From Candidatus Poribacteria bacterium (GTDB taxonomy: Bacteria > Poribacteria > WGA-4E > PCPOR2b), in assembly GCA_965208675.1 (NCBI GenBank), contig OZ242351.1, positions 4,224,001 to 4,288,000 of the forward strand: 64,000 nucleotides of DNA, written 5' to 3'. Made by a program: the position numbers and the translations under genes. Shown one piece after another: positions 41,492 through 52,331 of this stretch; position 1 is the first letter of the stretch; each line of letters starts with the position of its first letter. The notes beneath the pieces were generated by a model that was not told the DNA's origin, ran no database searches, and saw only the letters and a program-made list of their open reading frames with translations.

Positions 41492-41913
41492 GACATCTTT
41501 CCAAAATAATTCCGCCGCCCGATAGCCCCAGAGCGAATCTTCGTTTGTTAAATTGATGATAGTTTTTCAGATTAAAGAACTCATAATACGACATCAACAT
41601 CTAGCCCCGGAGGGGCGAAAGGTATATAGATATCGTAGCGACACATCACATTTAGCCCTAGCGGGGCGGCAGGTGTATAGCGTCTACCCTTCCATTGGGC
41701 TAATTCGTTGTAGGGTCAACCGTTGTGGTTGCCCTTAACACACCGCACTAGCAGTCATAAACCAAAGCCCCAGAGCGAATCTTCGATCGTCAAATCGAAG
41801 ATAGTGTTTTCAGGCGTGTTCAGAAAACACATTTGTCAACTCTCCAAAATAATTCCAGAGCCCGATATCGCTGCAGTTTTGTCAACCGTATTGAGTCGAT
41901 TAGGAAAGATGTC
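41492..41913. mobile_element. MITE family A, copy 3 (422 bp)
   Basis: Same TIRs and AT-TA..TA-AT flanks; an extra internal TAGCCC..GGGGCG..AGGT.TATAG module. Confidence 0.85.
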
Positions 41914-41951
41914 TAATAACGAGCGCTTGCGGTCAAAGTGAGAATCGCGCA

Positions 41952-44369
41952 ATGAAAGTCCAACGGGATCTTACGACGGTTTTCTATATTTTTTCGTCCG
42001 GAATATATCTAATCATTGGGGCGCGGAGTTTTGCTAGAGCGCCTGATACGCTTGAAACCAGCTTCTTTTACCTGCTTGGATTAGTAACATGGCTGCTTGC
42101 CACGCTTGTGTGGATGCAACAGACAGACAACCGTGCAGCGCGCATTTCCTATCTAATGAGTATCGGTTTCATGAGCATCTGCTCCATTGATGCTTCGTTC
42201 TCGATTGATGAACGGACGTTGAGCAGCCGAGTATTACCGATTTTCCAGTTTTTGTCGGCAACCATCTTACCTTGCCTTTTTCTTCACTGCTTCCTAATCT
42301 TTCCCGTAGAGAAGAGAATTATCCAACGCCGCGAATGGTTGTTAAAGTTGTTATATGCTCCGGGAATCGTATTGTTTTCTACAATGTCGTTCCTCTACTT
42401 GAGCGGCAATGACTATTCTCGCGAGTTTTTCCTCGTGCATTTTTTACAATTTCCATTGCTGGAATTTGCCATTAGCGGGTTTCTCTGTGCCTATTCAGTT
42501 ACGGGACAATTGCTCCTGTTACATTCAAGTTTTGCAGCGCATTCGTCCTCACAACGCCGTCAGGCACGATGGCTGCTGCTGGGGATAACCGCCGGAACAC
42601 TGCCGCAGGCGGTTTTGACGGCGATACCGAGGGTCTGGGATGTTTCTATCCCGTATGTTCACCTTTCAGCTTACGCGCTATGTTTCATCCCTATTTGCTA
42701 TGTTGTTGCCATTGTTCGTCATCGATTGATGAACATCGAGTTAATTATCAATCGCAGCGTGGTGTACGCCCTTGTTAGTGGATTTGCGTTGGGGATGTAT
42801 TTGCTAAGCATTCACGGATTAGCGAGGTTTTTCCACACAGAAGAACGCTCGTGGGCGGTGACGGCTGTATCAATATTTATCGCCGCTGTGCTTTTTGCGC
42901 CTGCCAAGACACGGATACAAAATTTGATTGATCGGGCGTTTAATCGAGAAGCTTACAATTACCGTCAAACACTATTGGCATTGAGCCAAACTCTTCACTC
43001 AATCCTCGACTTGGAAATCCTCGTTGATACCCTGCTTCGCCAAGTAACTGAAGCGATGCACATCAGTCGAGGTGTCGTGATGTATCGCGTTACGGCCGCC
43101 GATCCAACGTTTGTTACCGAGGCAACTGTTGGCATGGATTCCATCCAGGATAGAATACAAGTTAGGTTATCGCCATCGTTAGTAGACCTTTTGAATGAAG
43201 CCGATAAGCCGCTAGATTTTTCCAATCAACCGCTGGCTCCAAATAGCATTAAATTACTAGAGGCTGAGGCGCTTTCACAGGATGCGGAAGGTTTCAGTAA
43301 CTTTCTTCGATCGGCAATATGGATTCCCTTTGTGACGCGAACGAAGGAACAAGAAAACCTAGTCGGATTACTGGTGCTTGGACAGAAGCTGTCTGAGGAA
43401 CCGTATACACAGACCGATCTCGCACTACTCGGAACGCTTGCGCACCAAGGTGCTACGGCAATTGAAAATGCAACGCTTTACGCACAATTAAGTGCACGAA
43501 CGGAGGCAATGGAAAATGCGCGGCAGCAACTGATGGCGACTTATCTGGACACGTATGGCGGGACAATTCCGAAACCTTCAAGCGAGGTGAAATTCCAGCC
43601 TAATGAGGGGGACAGCGGTTTGGTCGCAGAATTCGACAATATTGCCGCCGCACTCAAGGATAGCCATGATAAACTAAAGCAGTTAGACGGCCTTAAATCT
43701 CAGTTCTTGGACAACGTGTCCCATGAGCTGCGAACACCGTTGACGCATATCAAAGGGTTCGTGGACAACCTGCTCGACGGCGTCGGCGGAGAACTTGCGG
43801 AGAGACAGAAGAGATACTTGTTTCGCGTGAAGGACAACTGCGACCGGCTTATTCGATTAATCAACAATCTTCTAGATCTTTCACGAACAGAATCCGGCAA
43901 AATTTCATTACAGCTTCAACAACGGTTGCTTTACCCAATCCTCGAAGAAACAGTTGCTGGAATTCAGCCTCTACTTGATAAAAAAGAGATTCACATTGAA
44001 TTGAACTGTGAGAAAACCCTTACCGCATTGGTAGACGCAGACAAGATTAGGCAGATTATGACAGATTTATTGGATAACGCCCACAAATATACTGAAAGGG
44101 GAGGGTATGTTAGAGTAGTGGTCACCGCTGTATCGAATCGGGAGGTACAGATTTGCGTCGAAGACAGCGGAATAGGTATTGCCGAAACAGACCTCGATTT
44201 CATTTTTGACCGCTTCCACCGCGTGGCTGGACCGAGAAGTAACAACACCAGCGGAATCGGCTTAGGGTTGCCCATTGTAAAAAATCTCGTTGAGTTACAC
44301 GGCGGGGATGTCAAGGTTGAAAGCGAATTGGGTAAGGGCAGCCGTTTTTATATTAAACTGAATCGCTAG
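41952..44369 (+). CDS. Membrane sensor histidine kinase (multi-TM, GAF, HisKA, HATPase), orphan in this window
   Basis: About ten TM helices; GAF 'DLALLGTLAHQGATAIENA'; 'SHELRTPL'; DSGIG; GIGLGL. Confidence 0.92.
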   Translation: MKVQRDLTTVFYIFSSGIYLIIGARSFARAPDTLETSFFYLLGLVTWLLATLVWMQQTDNRAARISYLMSIGFMSICSIDASFSIDERTLSSRVLPIFQFLSATILPCLFLHCFLIFPVEKRIIQRREWLLKLLYAPGIVLFSTMSFLYLSGNDYSREFFLVHFLQFPLLEFAISGFLCAYSVTGQLLLLHSSFAAHSSSQRRQARWLLLGITAGTLPQAVLTAIPRVWDVSIPYVHLSAYALCFIPICYVVAIVRHRLMNIELIINRSVVYALVSGFALGMYLLSIHGLARFFHTEERSWAVTAVSIFIAAVLFAPAKTRIQNLIDRAFNREAYNYRQTLLALSQTLHSILDLEILVDTLLRQVTEAMHISRGVVMYRVTAADPTFVTEATVGMDSIQDRIQVRLSPSLVDLLNEADKPLDFSNQPLAPNSIKLLEAEALSQDAEGFSNFLRSAIWIPFVTRTKEQENLVGLLVLGQKLSEEPYTQTDLALLGTLAHQGATAIENATLYAQLSARTEAMENARQQLMATYLDTYGGTIPKPSSEVKFQPNEGDSGLVAEFDNIAAALKDSHDKLKQLDGLKSQFLDNVSHELRTPLTHIKGFVDNLLDGVGGELAERQKRYLFRVKDNCDRLIRLINNLLDLSRTESGKISLQLQQRLLYPILEETVAGIQPLLDKKEIHIELNCEKTLTALVDADKIRQIMTDLLDNAHKYTERGGYVRVVVTAVSNREVQICVEDSGIGIAETDLDFIFDRFHRVAGPRSNNTSGIGLGLPIVKNLVELHGGDVKVESELGKGSRFYIKLNR

Positions 44370-44396
44370 ATTTTTGCTTAGAACGGTGGTAAAACC

Positions 44397-44738
44397 ATGA
44401 ATCTGTTCGTCTACGGCACTTTAAAAGATCGCGAGTTTATCCAGACGCTTCTAAATCGTCGCCTTGATGAGCCATCAAAAGCCATTTTTCCAGGGTTTAC
44501 AACTGTAATGTCAAAGTCGGGATATCCTGTCATGGTACCGGCTGAAGGATGTAGCGTTGACGGAATTGTCTGGCGTGATTTGACGGATAGGGATTTTGAA
44601 ATCATGGACAGGTATGAGGGGTGTAATACGCAAACACCAGTATATCAGCGTGAAAGGCGGAAGGCTATCGTTGAGGGACGAGAAGAGGAAATTTGGGCGT
44701 ATTTTGGGACGCCGGCGTTTTTAATTCAGATGCTTTAG
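44397..44738 (+). CDS. Gamma-glutamylcyclotransferase (AIG2-like) family protein
   Basis: 'LFVYGTL', 'YP', 'DRYEG', 'Y.R'. Confidence 0.88.
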   Translation: MNLFVYGTLKDREFIQTLLNRRLDEPSKAIFPGFTTVMSKSGYPVMVPAEGCSVDGIVWRDLTDRDFEIMDRYEGCNTQTPVYQRERRKAIVEGREEEIWAYFGTPAFLIQML

Positions 44739-44826
44739 GAGGACGATTAACTAAACTCTTGAACTTGGTCCGTAATTGTGATTGAGGTGTACCATTTCAC
44801 GGTTTCATGAAGTTTCAGAAACACTA

Positions 44827-45027
44827 GGTTCTGTTGACATTTTGAGGCTACTGATTCGGCAAACGTTGTCACCATTGGATAATCTGATATAAGTAGCGCA
44901 AACTGTTAGTTTGCGGGCTCGAATCACAATCTAACAGATTGTGTTACAAAAGATTCCTTGGTACTTGATAGCGACTGCCGTTTAACCGTTCATTTCAACC
45001 TACGGGATGCCAAATGTCAACATGCCC
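44827..45027. mobile_element. MITE family B, copy 2 (inverted relative to copy 1)
   Basis: Reverse complement of 40136-40336 with few substitutions; TA flanks. Confidence 0.85.
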
Positions 45028-45038
45028 TAATAACCAAT

Positions 45039-45072
45039 AAAAAAAGGCAGCTAGCTTTAGCTGCCTTTTTTT
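45039..45072. terminator. Bidirectional intrinsic terminator
   Basis: A-run-GGCAGCTA-GCTT-TAGCTGCC-T-run between convergent genes. Confidence 0.85.
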
Positions 45073-45102
45073 ATGTTAGGGGTTGACGAAAATTGTCTGA
45101 TT

Positions 45103-46581
45103 CTACTCAACCATGCCGATCTTTGCGGCTTCTGGCGCCCGTGTCGGCAAATTCTGCTTAGCCAGCTGATCTTCCGGGATATAGTTGGAGTAATCAGAAA
45201 TTTTACCGTGGGTCAATGAGTAAACGACGACATTGGTCATAAACCGGTATACGCCGGGAGAATAGTGCACGGAACGTGTCGGCAGGCTTACCGCCTCCAT
45301 CGCGCACATGTAATCACGGCGAACCAGCAGCACCGAAAGTTTCTCGCCAACGGAGATGCCTTCAAGGAAATTACGTTTTGGTGCTTTTGTGCCAAACCAG
45401 AAGATATCGAACCCAACGGGCGGACCGCCCATCTCGTAGAAGTTGTTATAAACCTCGTGATCGTTGGGAATCCGCTCTATTTGATATTCTGGCATCACGT
45501 AGCGCATTTGGGCAAGGAATATGCGGACCATCGCCTGGCCAGCGGCGTTGACGCCGCAATCGTCAAAGACGAGGACGCCGCCCCTGTCGACAAGGTATCT
45601 CCGCAACCCAGCCGCTTCCGGCTCAGTAAATCTGCTGTTCAACGTCGCGCCAAAACCGCCCTTCTGAGCGAGTCCGTGCGACCGAACTACCGCGGGGTCA
45701 TGCCCAGTCATGAATGCCATTGGAGTCTTTTGCAAGTTGGCGTCCGTTAATTTCAGCGCGCCGCCTTCAACATTCATGTCCGCCTTAATTTTCGTCCGCT
45801 CATTCAGCCATTTGGTCAGCGCATTCAGCGATGACGCATCTGCCCACCAATCAGAAAGGGTGTGTCGGATCCGGGTAAAGCGGAAGACGCCTTGTATGTC
45901 GCGCCCTTTGCCAATGACTCGACCTCCTGGCTCACCTCTCGGCAGGGGCGGAACATCTACATTGCCGAGCGTGATGCTTTCTACTACATCCCCTAGCGCA
46001 TCACGTGCAGCACCAACCTGCTCAACCATCGTCAGACCCGGTGGACGTTCAAATGCAACCTTCACCTGAACTATCCCGCCGGCAATCCCGCGTCCAATAT
46101 TCGACGGGCCGGCGCTTGGTGCAGACGCAACAGGCCCGGAAAACGCCAATGCGCCCGGCGCATCTGATACCGGCAAATCGGCATGAGTCGTGATTTGCGG
46201 AACCGGCGCATTCGGGTTAACGACTTTGGGAACGTTAGGATTAATGGGTTGGTCTAATTTGACGACTTTATTCGAGAATTCGAGCACCGTTTGGGGCTCA
46301 ATAGTAGACGTACGAACGACTGCAGCGGTTGTGACTCTGGGTTGAACCTGAACTTGTTCAACGACAACGGTGTTATCCGTTGGAATAGTCGGTTTAATCT
46401 GTTTGATAACCGGTTTACGTACTTGGGGTTTTGGCGGCTCAGGCGGTTCAAGCACTTGTGCACCGACTAAGTCTTTGAATTGCGGGGTTTGTGTGACGAG
46501 ATAAACACCTAGAATCAGCACGGCGACGCCGTGAAGAATCAACGATGTCATCAAGGCACCTGATGTTTTCTTAGCACTCAT
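45103..46581 (-). CDS. DUF4159-domain protein with N-terminal TM and Pro/Val-rich linker
   Basis: ATG 46581 with RBS GGAGG; 'FMTGH', 'LRRYL..GG.LVFDD', 'IP.DH.VY', 'NVVVY.LT'. Confidence 0.8.
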   Translation of the reverse strand: MSAKKTSGALMTSLILHGVAVLILGVYLVTQTPQFKDLVGAQVLEPPEPPKPQVRKPVIKQIKPTIPTDNTVVVEQVQVQPRVTTAAVVRTSTIEPQTVLEFSNKVVKLDQPINPNVPKVVNPNAPVPQITTHADLPVSDAPGALAFSGPVASAPSAGPSNIGRGIAGGIVQVKVAFERPPGLTMVEQVGAARDALGDVVESITLGNVDVPPLPRGEPGGRVIGKGRDIQGVFRFTRIRHTLSDWWADASSLNALTKWLNERTKIKADMNVEGGALKLTDANLQKTPMAFMTGHDPAVVRSHGLAQKGGFGATLNSRFTEPEAAGLRRYLVDRGGVLVFDDCGVNAAGQAMVRIFLAQMRYVMPEYQIERIPNDHEVYNNFYEMGGPPVGFDIFWFGTKAPKRNFLEGISVGEKLSVLLVRRDYMCAMEAVSLPTRSVHYSPGVYRFMTNVVVYSLTHGKISDYSNYIPEDQLAKQNLPTRAPEAAKIGMVE

Positions 46582-46801
46582 TTTAACCTCCAAATTAAGT
46601 TTATACTGTAAATGTGTTAACAGTTGGAATCGACTAAAACTAATTCTAACGACAAGGCACGTGAAGGTTTCACGACATTCGTAATTTCTTTAAAAATTCA
46701 TAGCGCCGCAATGTTTAATACCCAAACCTATCGAAAAACTCCACGGCGCAATTCTACAATCATCTACCATGTTACACGGAGTAATTCAATTTTATATAGA
46801 G

Positions 46802-46817
46802 AGCAATTTATATGCCA
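46802..46817 (-). promoter_or_regulatory. Sigma-54 promoter of the DUF4159 gene
   Basis: TGGCATATAAATTGCT; 15 bp identical to the 12038-12053 promoter. Confidence 0.78.
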
Positions 46818-47026
46818 TAGTTCAATTATTCCGTAGATGATGATACTTAAACTTAAGCGCATGTCGAGATTTCGCGGCGAACATTAGAACCCGTTTTTTT
46901 GTCGGTTGTGCTTCACGACTATGTTTTGTTTGCGTGAATCCTAGTTTTCCTGCTGCCGAGGTGGCTGCAAAAAAATGTGTGAATTCATGGGACGAACTAT
47001 GGATGCTACAAGATATTATGAATTTC

Positions 47027-47090
47027 TTTGTGCAGATTTGCACAAAACGGTTCAATCTCATCATCAAATTGCACCAAATGGTGCAATTTG
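47027..47090. promoter_or_regulatory. Two palindromes, candidate enhancer-binding protein sites
   Basis: TTTGTGCA-GATT-TGCACAAA and CAAATTGCACCA-AA-TGGTGCAATTTG, 210-270 bp upstream of the -24 element. Confidence 0.6.
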
Positions 47091-47277
47091 GGTTTAATAT
47101 AAGGGAATTAAATCGGATATGGTAGTCGAGTTACTACACTACAAACTACAAAAAAATTGCCAGATTACTTTTTCGAAACCAGACTCTGGTTTGCTGCGGT
47201 TGATGCGTCGGAATTATGGACATACCTAATCTGCACGGCTCGGGTGATTACTAAGGCGAGCGTTGTGAATGCCTATA

Positions 47278-49110
47278 CTAATGCGTCTCAGGTTCGCGTT
47301 GGCTCAGGTGTTTCCGGATGCTATTCGCTACGTTACGGGGAATTCCTTTGACAGCGAGCAATTCATCCAAACTGGCTTGGCGGACGTTTGCGACGGATCC
47401 AAAGTGCTGGAGTAATCTCTGTTTCCGTTTGGATCCGATGTTGGGAATTTCGTCAAGGATTGAGTGGTTGATTGCGCGGCTGCGAAGCTTGTGATGGTAG
47501 GAGATGGCAAAGCGGTGGGCTTCGTCACGTAGACGCTGAATAAGGTGAAGTGTTGGGTTGTCCCGCCGGAGGACAATTGCATCTTGGCGATCTGGCAGAA
47601 AAATATGCTCGAATCGCTTCGCAAGCCCGATAATTGGAAGATGAGCCAGCTCAAGAGAATTCAACGCCTCGCAAGCTGCGCTTAGCTGCCCTTTGCCGCC
47701 ATCAATTAAAATGAGGTCAGGGAATCGGTTTTCCTCAATTGCGCGGCGAAATCGGCGAGTGACCACCTCCTTCATCATTGCAAAGTCATTCTGTCCTTCA
47801 ACGGTGCGAATCTTGAAACGCCGGTACTCGGATTTCGCCGGTTCGCCATCTTCCATGACAACCATTGACCCCACAGCGAATCGATCTCCGAGATTGGAGA
47901 TGTCGAACGCGTCGATTCGTTGAGGCGGCCGGTTTAGGTTTAACAGCTCTTGTAGTTCAACTAGTGCTGGATTATCCCCAGCTTTGAGCACGACCAATTG
48001 GTCTTTTTGTTCAAGAATCAAGTTCGCGTTCTTCGACGCCATCTCCACTAACTGGCGTTTACGCCCTTTCTGGGGAATTTGCAGCGTCACACGACTTTCC
48101 CGTTTCTGGGAAAGCCAGTTTTGAATGGTTTCGAGCGTTTCGATTTCGCCCGGCAATACGACGGTTTTGGGGATGAAGGAAGCGTCCTGATAATATTGCT
48201 GCACAAAAGCCGTCAATGATTCACGCTTCGATTCGCTCTGAACGCCGGTCAGAAAGTAATGTTCGCGCTCGATTAGCTTTCCATCGCGTACCATCAGCAC
48301 CTGTACGCATGCCTCATCACCTTTGCAGGCGATGCCAATCACGTCCTCATCCTCGGCAGACGTATTGTCAATATGCTGTTTAACAATACCTTGGTTTACG
48401 GTTTCAATCTGGTCTCGGTACTTTGCCGCGCCTTCAAAGTCAAGATTGGAGGCAGCGTTCTGCATCTTCTCCGCAAGTTCTTGGATAATGTGTTGTGTAT
48501 TTCCACTAAGGAATCGGCGGACGTTGTTCACAATCTCGGCATAGTCATCAGTGCTGATGAGGTCGGCGCACGGTCCGGGACAGCGCTTGATATGATAATC
48601 TAGGCAAACACGATACGCATTGCCTGCTTCTTTCAAGTTCAAGCTACAGGTGCGTACAGGAAATGCCTTTGTGAGTTGCTTAACTGTAAGGCGCGTAGCA
48701 CGGGTATGCACGAAGGGACCGAAATACTTTGCGCCGTCATTTTCGATTTGGCGTGTGATGTAGAGGCCTGCATAAGGTTCTTTGACCGTTAGTTTCAAGT
48801 AGGGATACCGTTTGTCATCCTTGAGTTTCACATTGTAGCGAGGTTGGTGTTCCTTGATAAGGTTATTCTCCAAGATTAACGCTTCAACGTAGGTCTTGGT
48901 GAGGACAAAATCAACATCATGGACGTATCGCAGCATCGGCTCGGTCAGGGCATGCGGTGAGGCGCTGCTTTGAAAGTACGATCTTACGCGATGGTTTAGT
49001 GACGACGCCTTGCCGACGTATAGGATTTTCTCCTCGATGTCCTTCATCAGGTAGACACCGGAATTGGTAGGGAGATTTGCGAGTTTGTCTTTAAGTCGAC
49101 TATTTGTCAT
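47278..49110 (-). CDS. uvrC: Excinuclease ABC subunit C
   Basis: GIY-YIG, 'P.YNV.LKDDK.YP', UVR, 'FDISN', 'PDLILIDGGKGQL', 'RDEAHRFA', HhH. Confidence 0.97.
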   Translation of the reverse strand: MTNSRLKDKLANLPTNSGVYLMKDIEEKILYVGKASSLNHRVRSYFQSSASPHALTEPMLRYVHDVDFVLTKTYVEALILENNLIKEHQPRYNVKLKDDKRYPYLKLTVKEPYAGLYITRQIENDGAKYFGPFVHTRATRLTVKQLTKAFPVRTCSLNLKEAGNAYRVCLDYHIKRCPGPCADLISTDDYAEIVNNVRRFLSGNTQHIIQELAEKMQNAASNLDFEGAAKYRDQIETVNQGIVKQHIDNTSAEDEDVIGIACKGDEACVQVLMVRDGKLIEREHYFLTGVQSESKRESLTAFVQQYYQDASFIPKTVVLPGEIETLETIQNWLSQKRESRVTLQIPQKGRKRQLVEMASKNANLILEQKDQLVVLKAGDNPALVELQELLNLNRPPQRIDAFDISNLGDRFAVGSMVVMEDGEPAKSEYRRFKIRTVEGQNDFAMMKEVVTRRFRRAIEENRFPDLILIDGGKGQLSAACEALNSLELAHLPIIGLAKRFEHIFLPDRQDAIVLRRDNPTLHLIQRLRDEAHRFAISYHHKLRSRAINHSILDEIPNIGSKRKQRLLQHFGSVANVRQASLDELLAVKGIPRNVANSIRKHLSQREPETH

Positions 49111-49450
49111 CGCTTTTTGGAACCGATTGGATTGAGTTCCAATCCAGTTTGCGCATTGTGCGTTTCAAAAGGGAATATTTCAGGTATCGGCAATTGAAAT
49201 GGATTAATCTGTTGCAACGAGGGCTAAACATCTTTGCATCTTGCCCCGGTCAAATCATCGCGTATCCGGAATGGTCATCGGCGCGCTGCTTATTCCATCT
49301 TATGATGCCACAAAACGCACAATTTATCAAGTTCATCAAGTTCTTTGATACCGATTTGTCAAATGGACAAGCAGTAAAATCCTTGGTAAAGCCGTTCGAA
49401 TATTGGCCTGCCTTAACAAAGAATCGGCAAAATGGGGAAGCCTTAAAATA

Positions 49451-49490
49451 AAAAAGGGGAGCGGGACACGAATTGTGTCTCACTCCCCTT
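49451..49490 (-). terminator. Terminator after groEL
   Basis: AAGGGGAG..GACAC/GTGTC..CTCCCCTT hairpin with an A-run on + (T-run on -). Confidence 0.75.
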
Positions 49491-49517
49491 ACTGTTTTGC
49501 GTGTGCACTATGCGAAT

Positions 49518-51462
<1,945 letters not shown>

Positions 51463-51544
51463 TAGGTGTTCTCCTCTCGTTAACATTTAAAATAGATGAT
51501 ACTTTATTGATGGATAAATGTAAATTTACCCATGCAGTTTATAA

Positions 51545-51560
51545 GGCAAGAAATGTGCCA
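51545..51560 (-). promoter_or_regulatory. Sigma-54 promoter of groESL
   Basis: TGGCACATTTCTTGCC, near-consensus TGGCAC-N5-TTGC, about 83 bp upstream of groES. Confidence 0.75.
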
Positions 51561-51807
51561 ACCCGTTATAAAAGGATACTTGGGCTAGAGGGGACATTTT
51601 GACACGACAAATATCGAGACAAATTGTCGTTATTTCTCTTGATGTTGGGGCGAGTGTCATATTGTCACGGTTAGGCTGTTGGTATGGGGTATTGTCCACC
51701 AAAATTTGCCTGCAATGATGAGATTACGGGGGGCGCTGTCACAATGAAAGTCTGTAAATGCAGCGTCGTAACGACGTTTATCGGAAAGTCATGGCCATAC
51801 TTTTTCA

Positions 51808-51836
51808 TTGACAAATGTAGTCTAGCTTGGTAGAAT
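51808..51836 (+). promoter_or_regulatory. Sigma-70 promoter of the tRNA operon
   Basis: TTGACA-N17-TAGAAT with extended TGn. Confidence 0.8.
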
Positions 51837-51849
51837 TAACCGTGATTAT

Positions 51850-51921
51850 GCGGGAGTAGCTCAGCGGTAGAGCTCTACCTTGCCAAGGTAGAGGTCGCGG
51901 GTTCAAGTCCCGTCTCCCGCT
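51850..51921 (+). tRNA. tRNA-Gly(GCC)
   Basis: Acceptor GCGGGAG/CTCCCGC; anticodon arm CTACC-TTGCCAA-GGTAG; GTTCAAGTC; no encoded CCA. Confidence 0.96.
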
Positions 51922-51926
51922 TTCAT

Positions 51927-52001
51927 GGCGGCGTAGCCAAGTGGTAAGGCGAGAGTCTGCAAAACTCTTATACGTCGGTTCGATTCCGACCGCCGCCTCC
52001 A
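51927..52001 (+). tRNA. tRNA-Cys(GCA)
   Basis: Acceptor GGCGGCG/CGCCGCC; AGAGT-CTGCAAA-ACTCT; encoded CCA. Confidence 0.96.
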
Positions 52002-52006
52002 ATTCT

Positions 52007-52080
52007 GGGCGGTTAGCTCAGTTGGTTAGAGTACTTGCTCGACACGCAAGGGGTCATAGGTTCAAATCCTATACCGCCCA
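52007..52080 (+). tRNA. tRNA-Val(GAC)
   Basis: Acceptor GGGCGGT/ACCGCCC; CTTGC-TCGACAC-GCAAG; no encoded CCA. Confidence 0.93.
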
Positions 52081-52105
52081 TTAACATAGTATCCATTTAT
52101 AATTC

Positions 52106-52129
52106 AAAGAGCCGAAAGGCTCTTTTTTT
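52106..52129 (+). terminator. Terminator of the tRNA operon
   Basis: AAAGAGCC-GAAA-GGCTCTTTTTTT. Confidence 0.9.
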
Positions 52130-52331
52130 GGCGGCCGCGCAACTCACTACACTTTAAATCCTGTTTAAACAATAGGTGAAATATCCATTCCTTGGCGATT
52201 GAGTCGCTAGAACCGTTGGAACTTCTGTCGCACGAGATTTTCTATCGCCTTCGCTCTGACTGTCCTTGTGTCACAACCATAAGTTCCGGTTCCAACCCAC
52301 ACACCAGGATGAGCGGCCAGTTTTAATTGCA

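Noticed and set aside
28561-41913. Recurrent hairpin repeats as a CRISPR array
   Set aside because: No regular repeat-spacer period and no cas genes; explained by MITEs
46571-46579. TTAGCACTC CIRCE half-site
   Set aside because: Inside the DUF4159 coding start, no second half, far from groES
51805-52002. 65-aa minus-strand ORF
   Set aside because: Antisense of the tRNA genes
52081-52331. tRNA 3' end as an integration site
   Set aside because: No integrase and no repeated tRNA 3' fragment seen in the window
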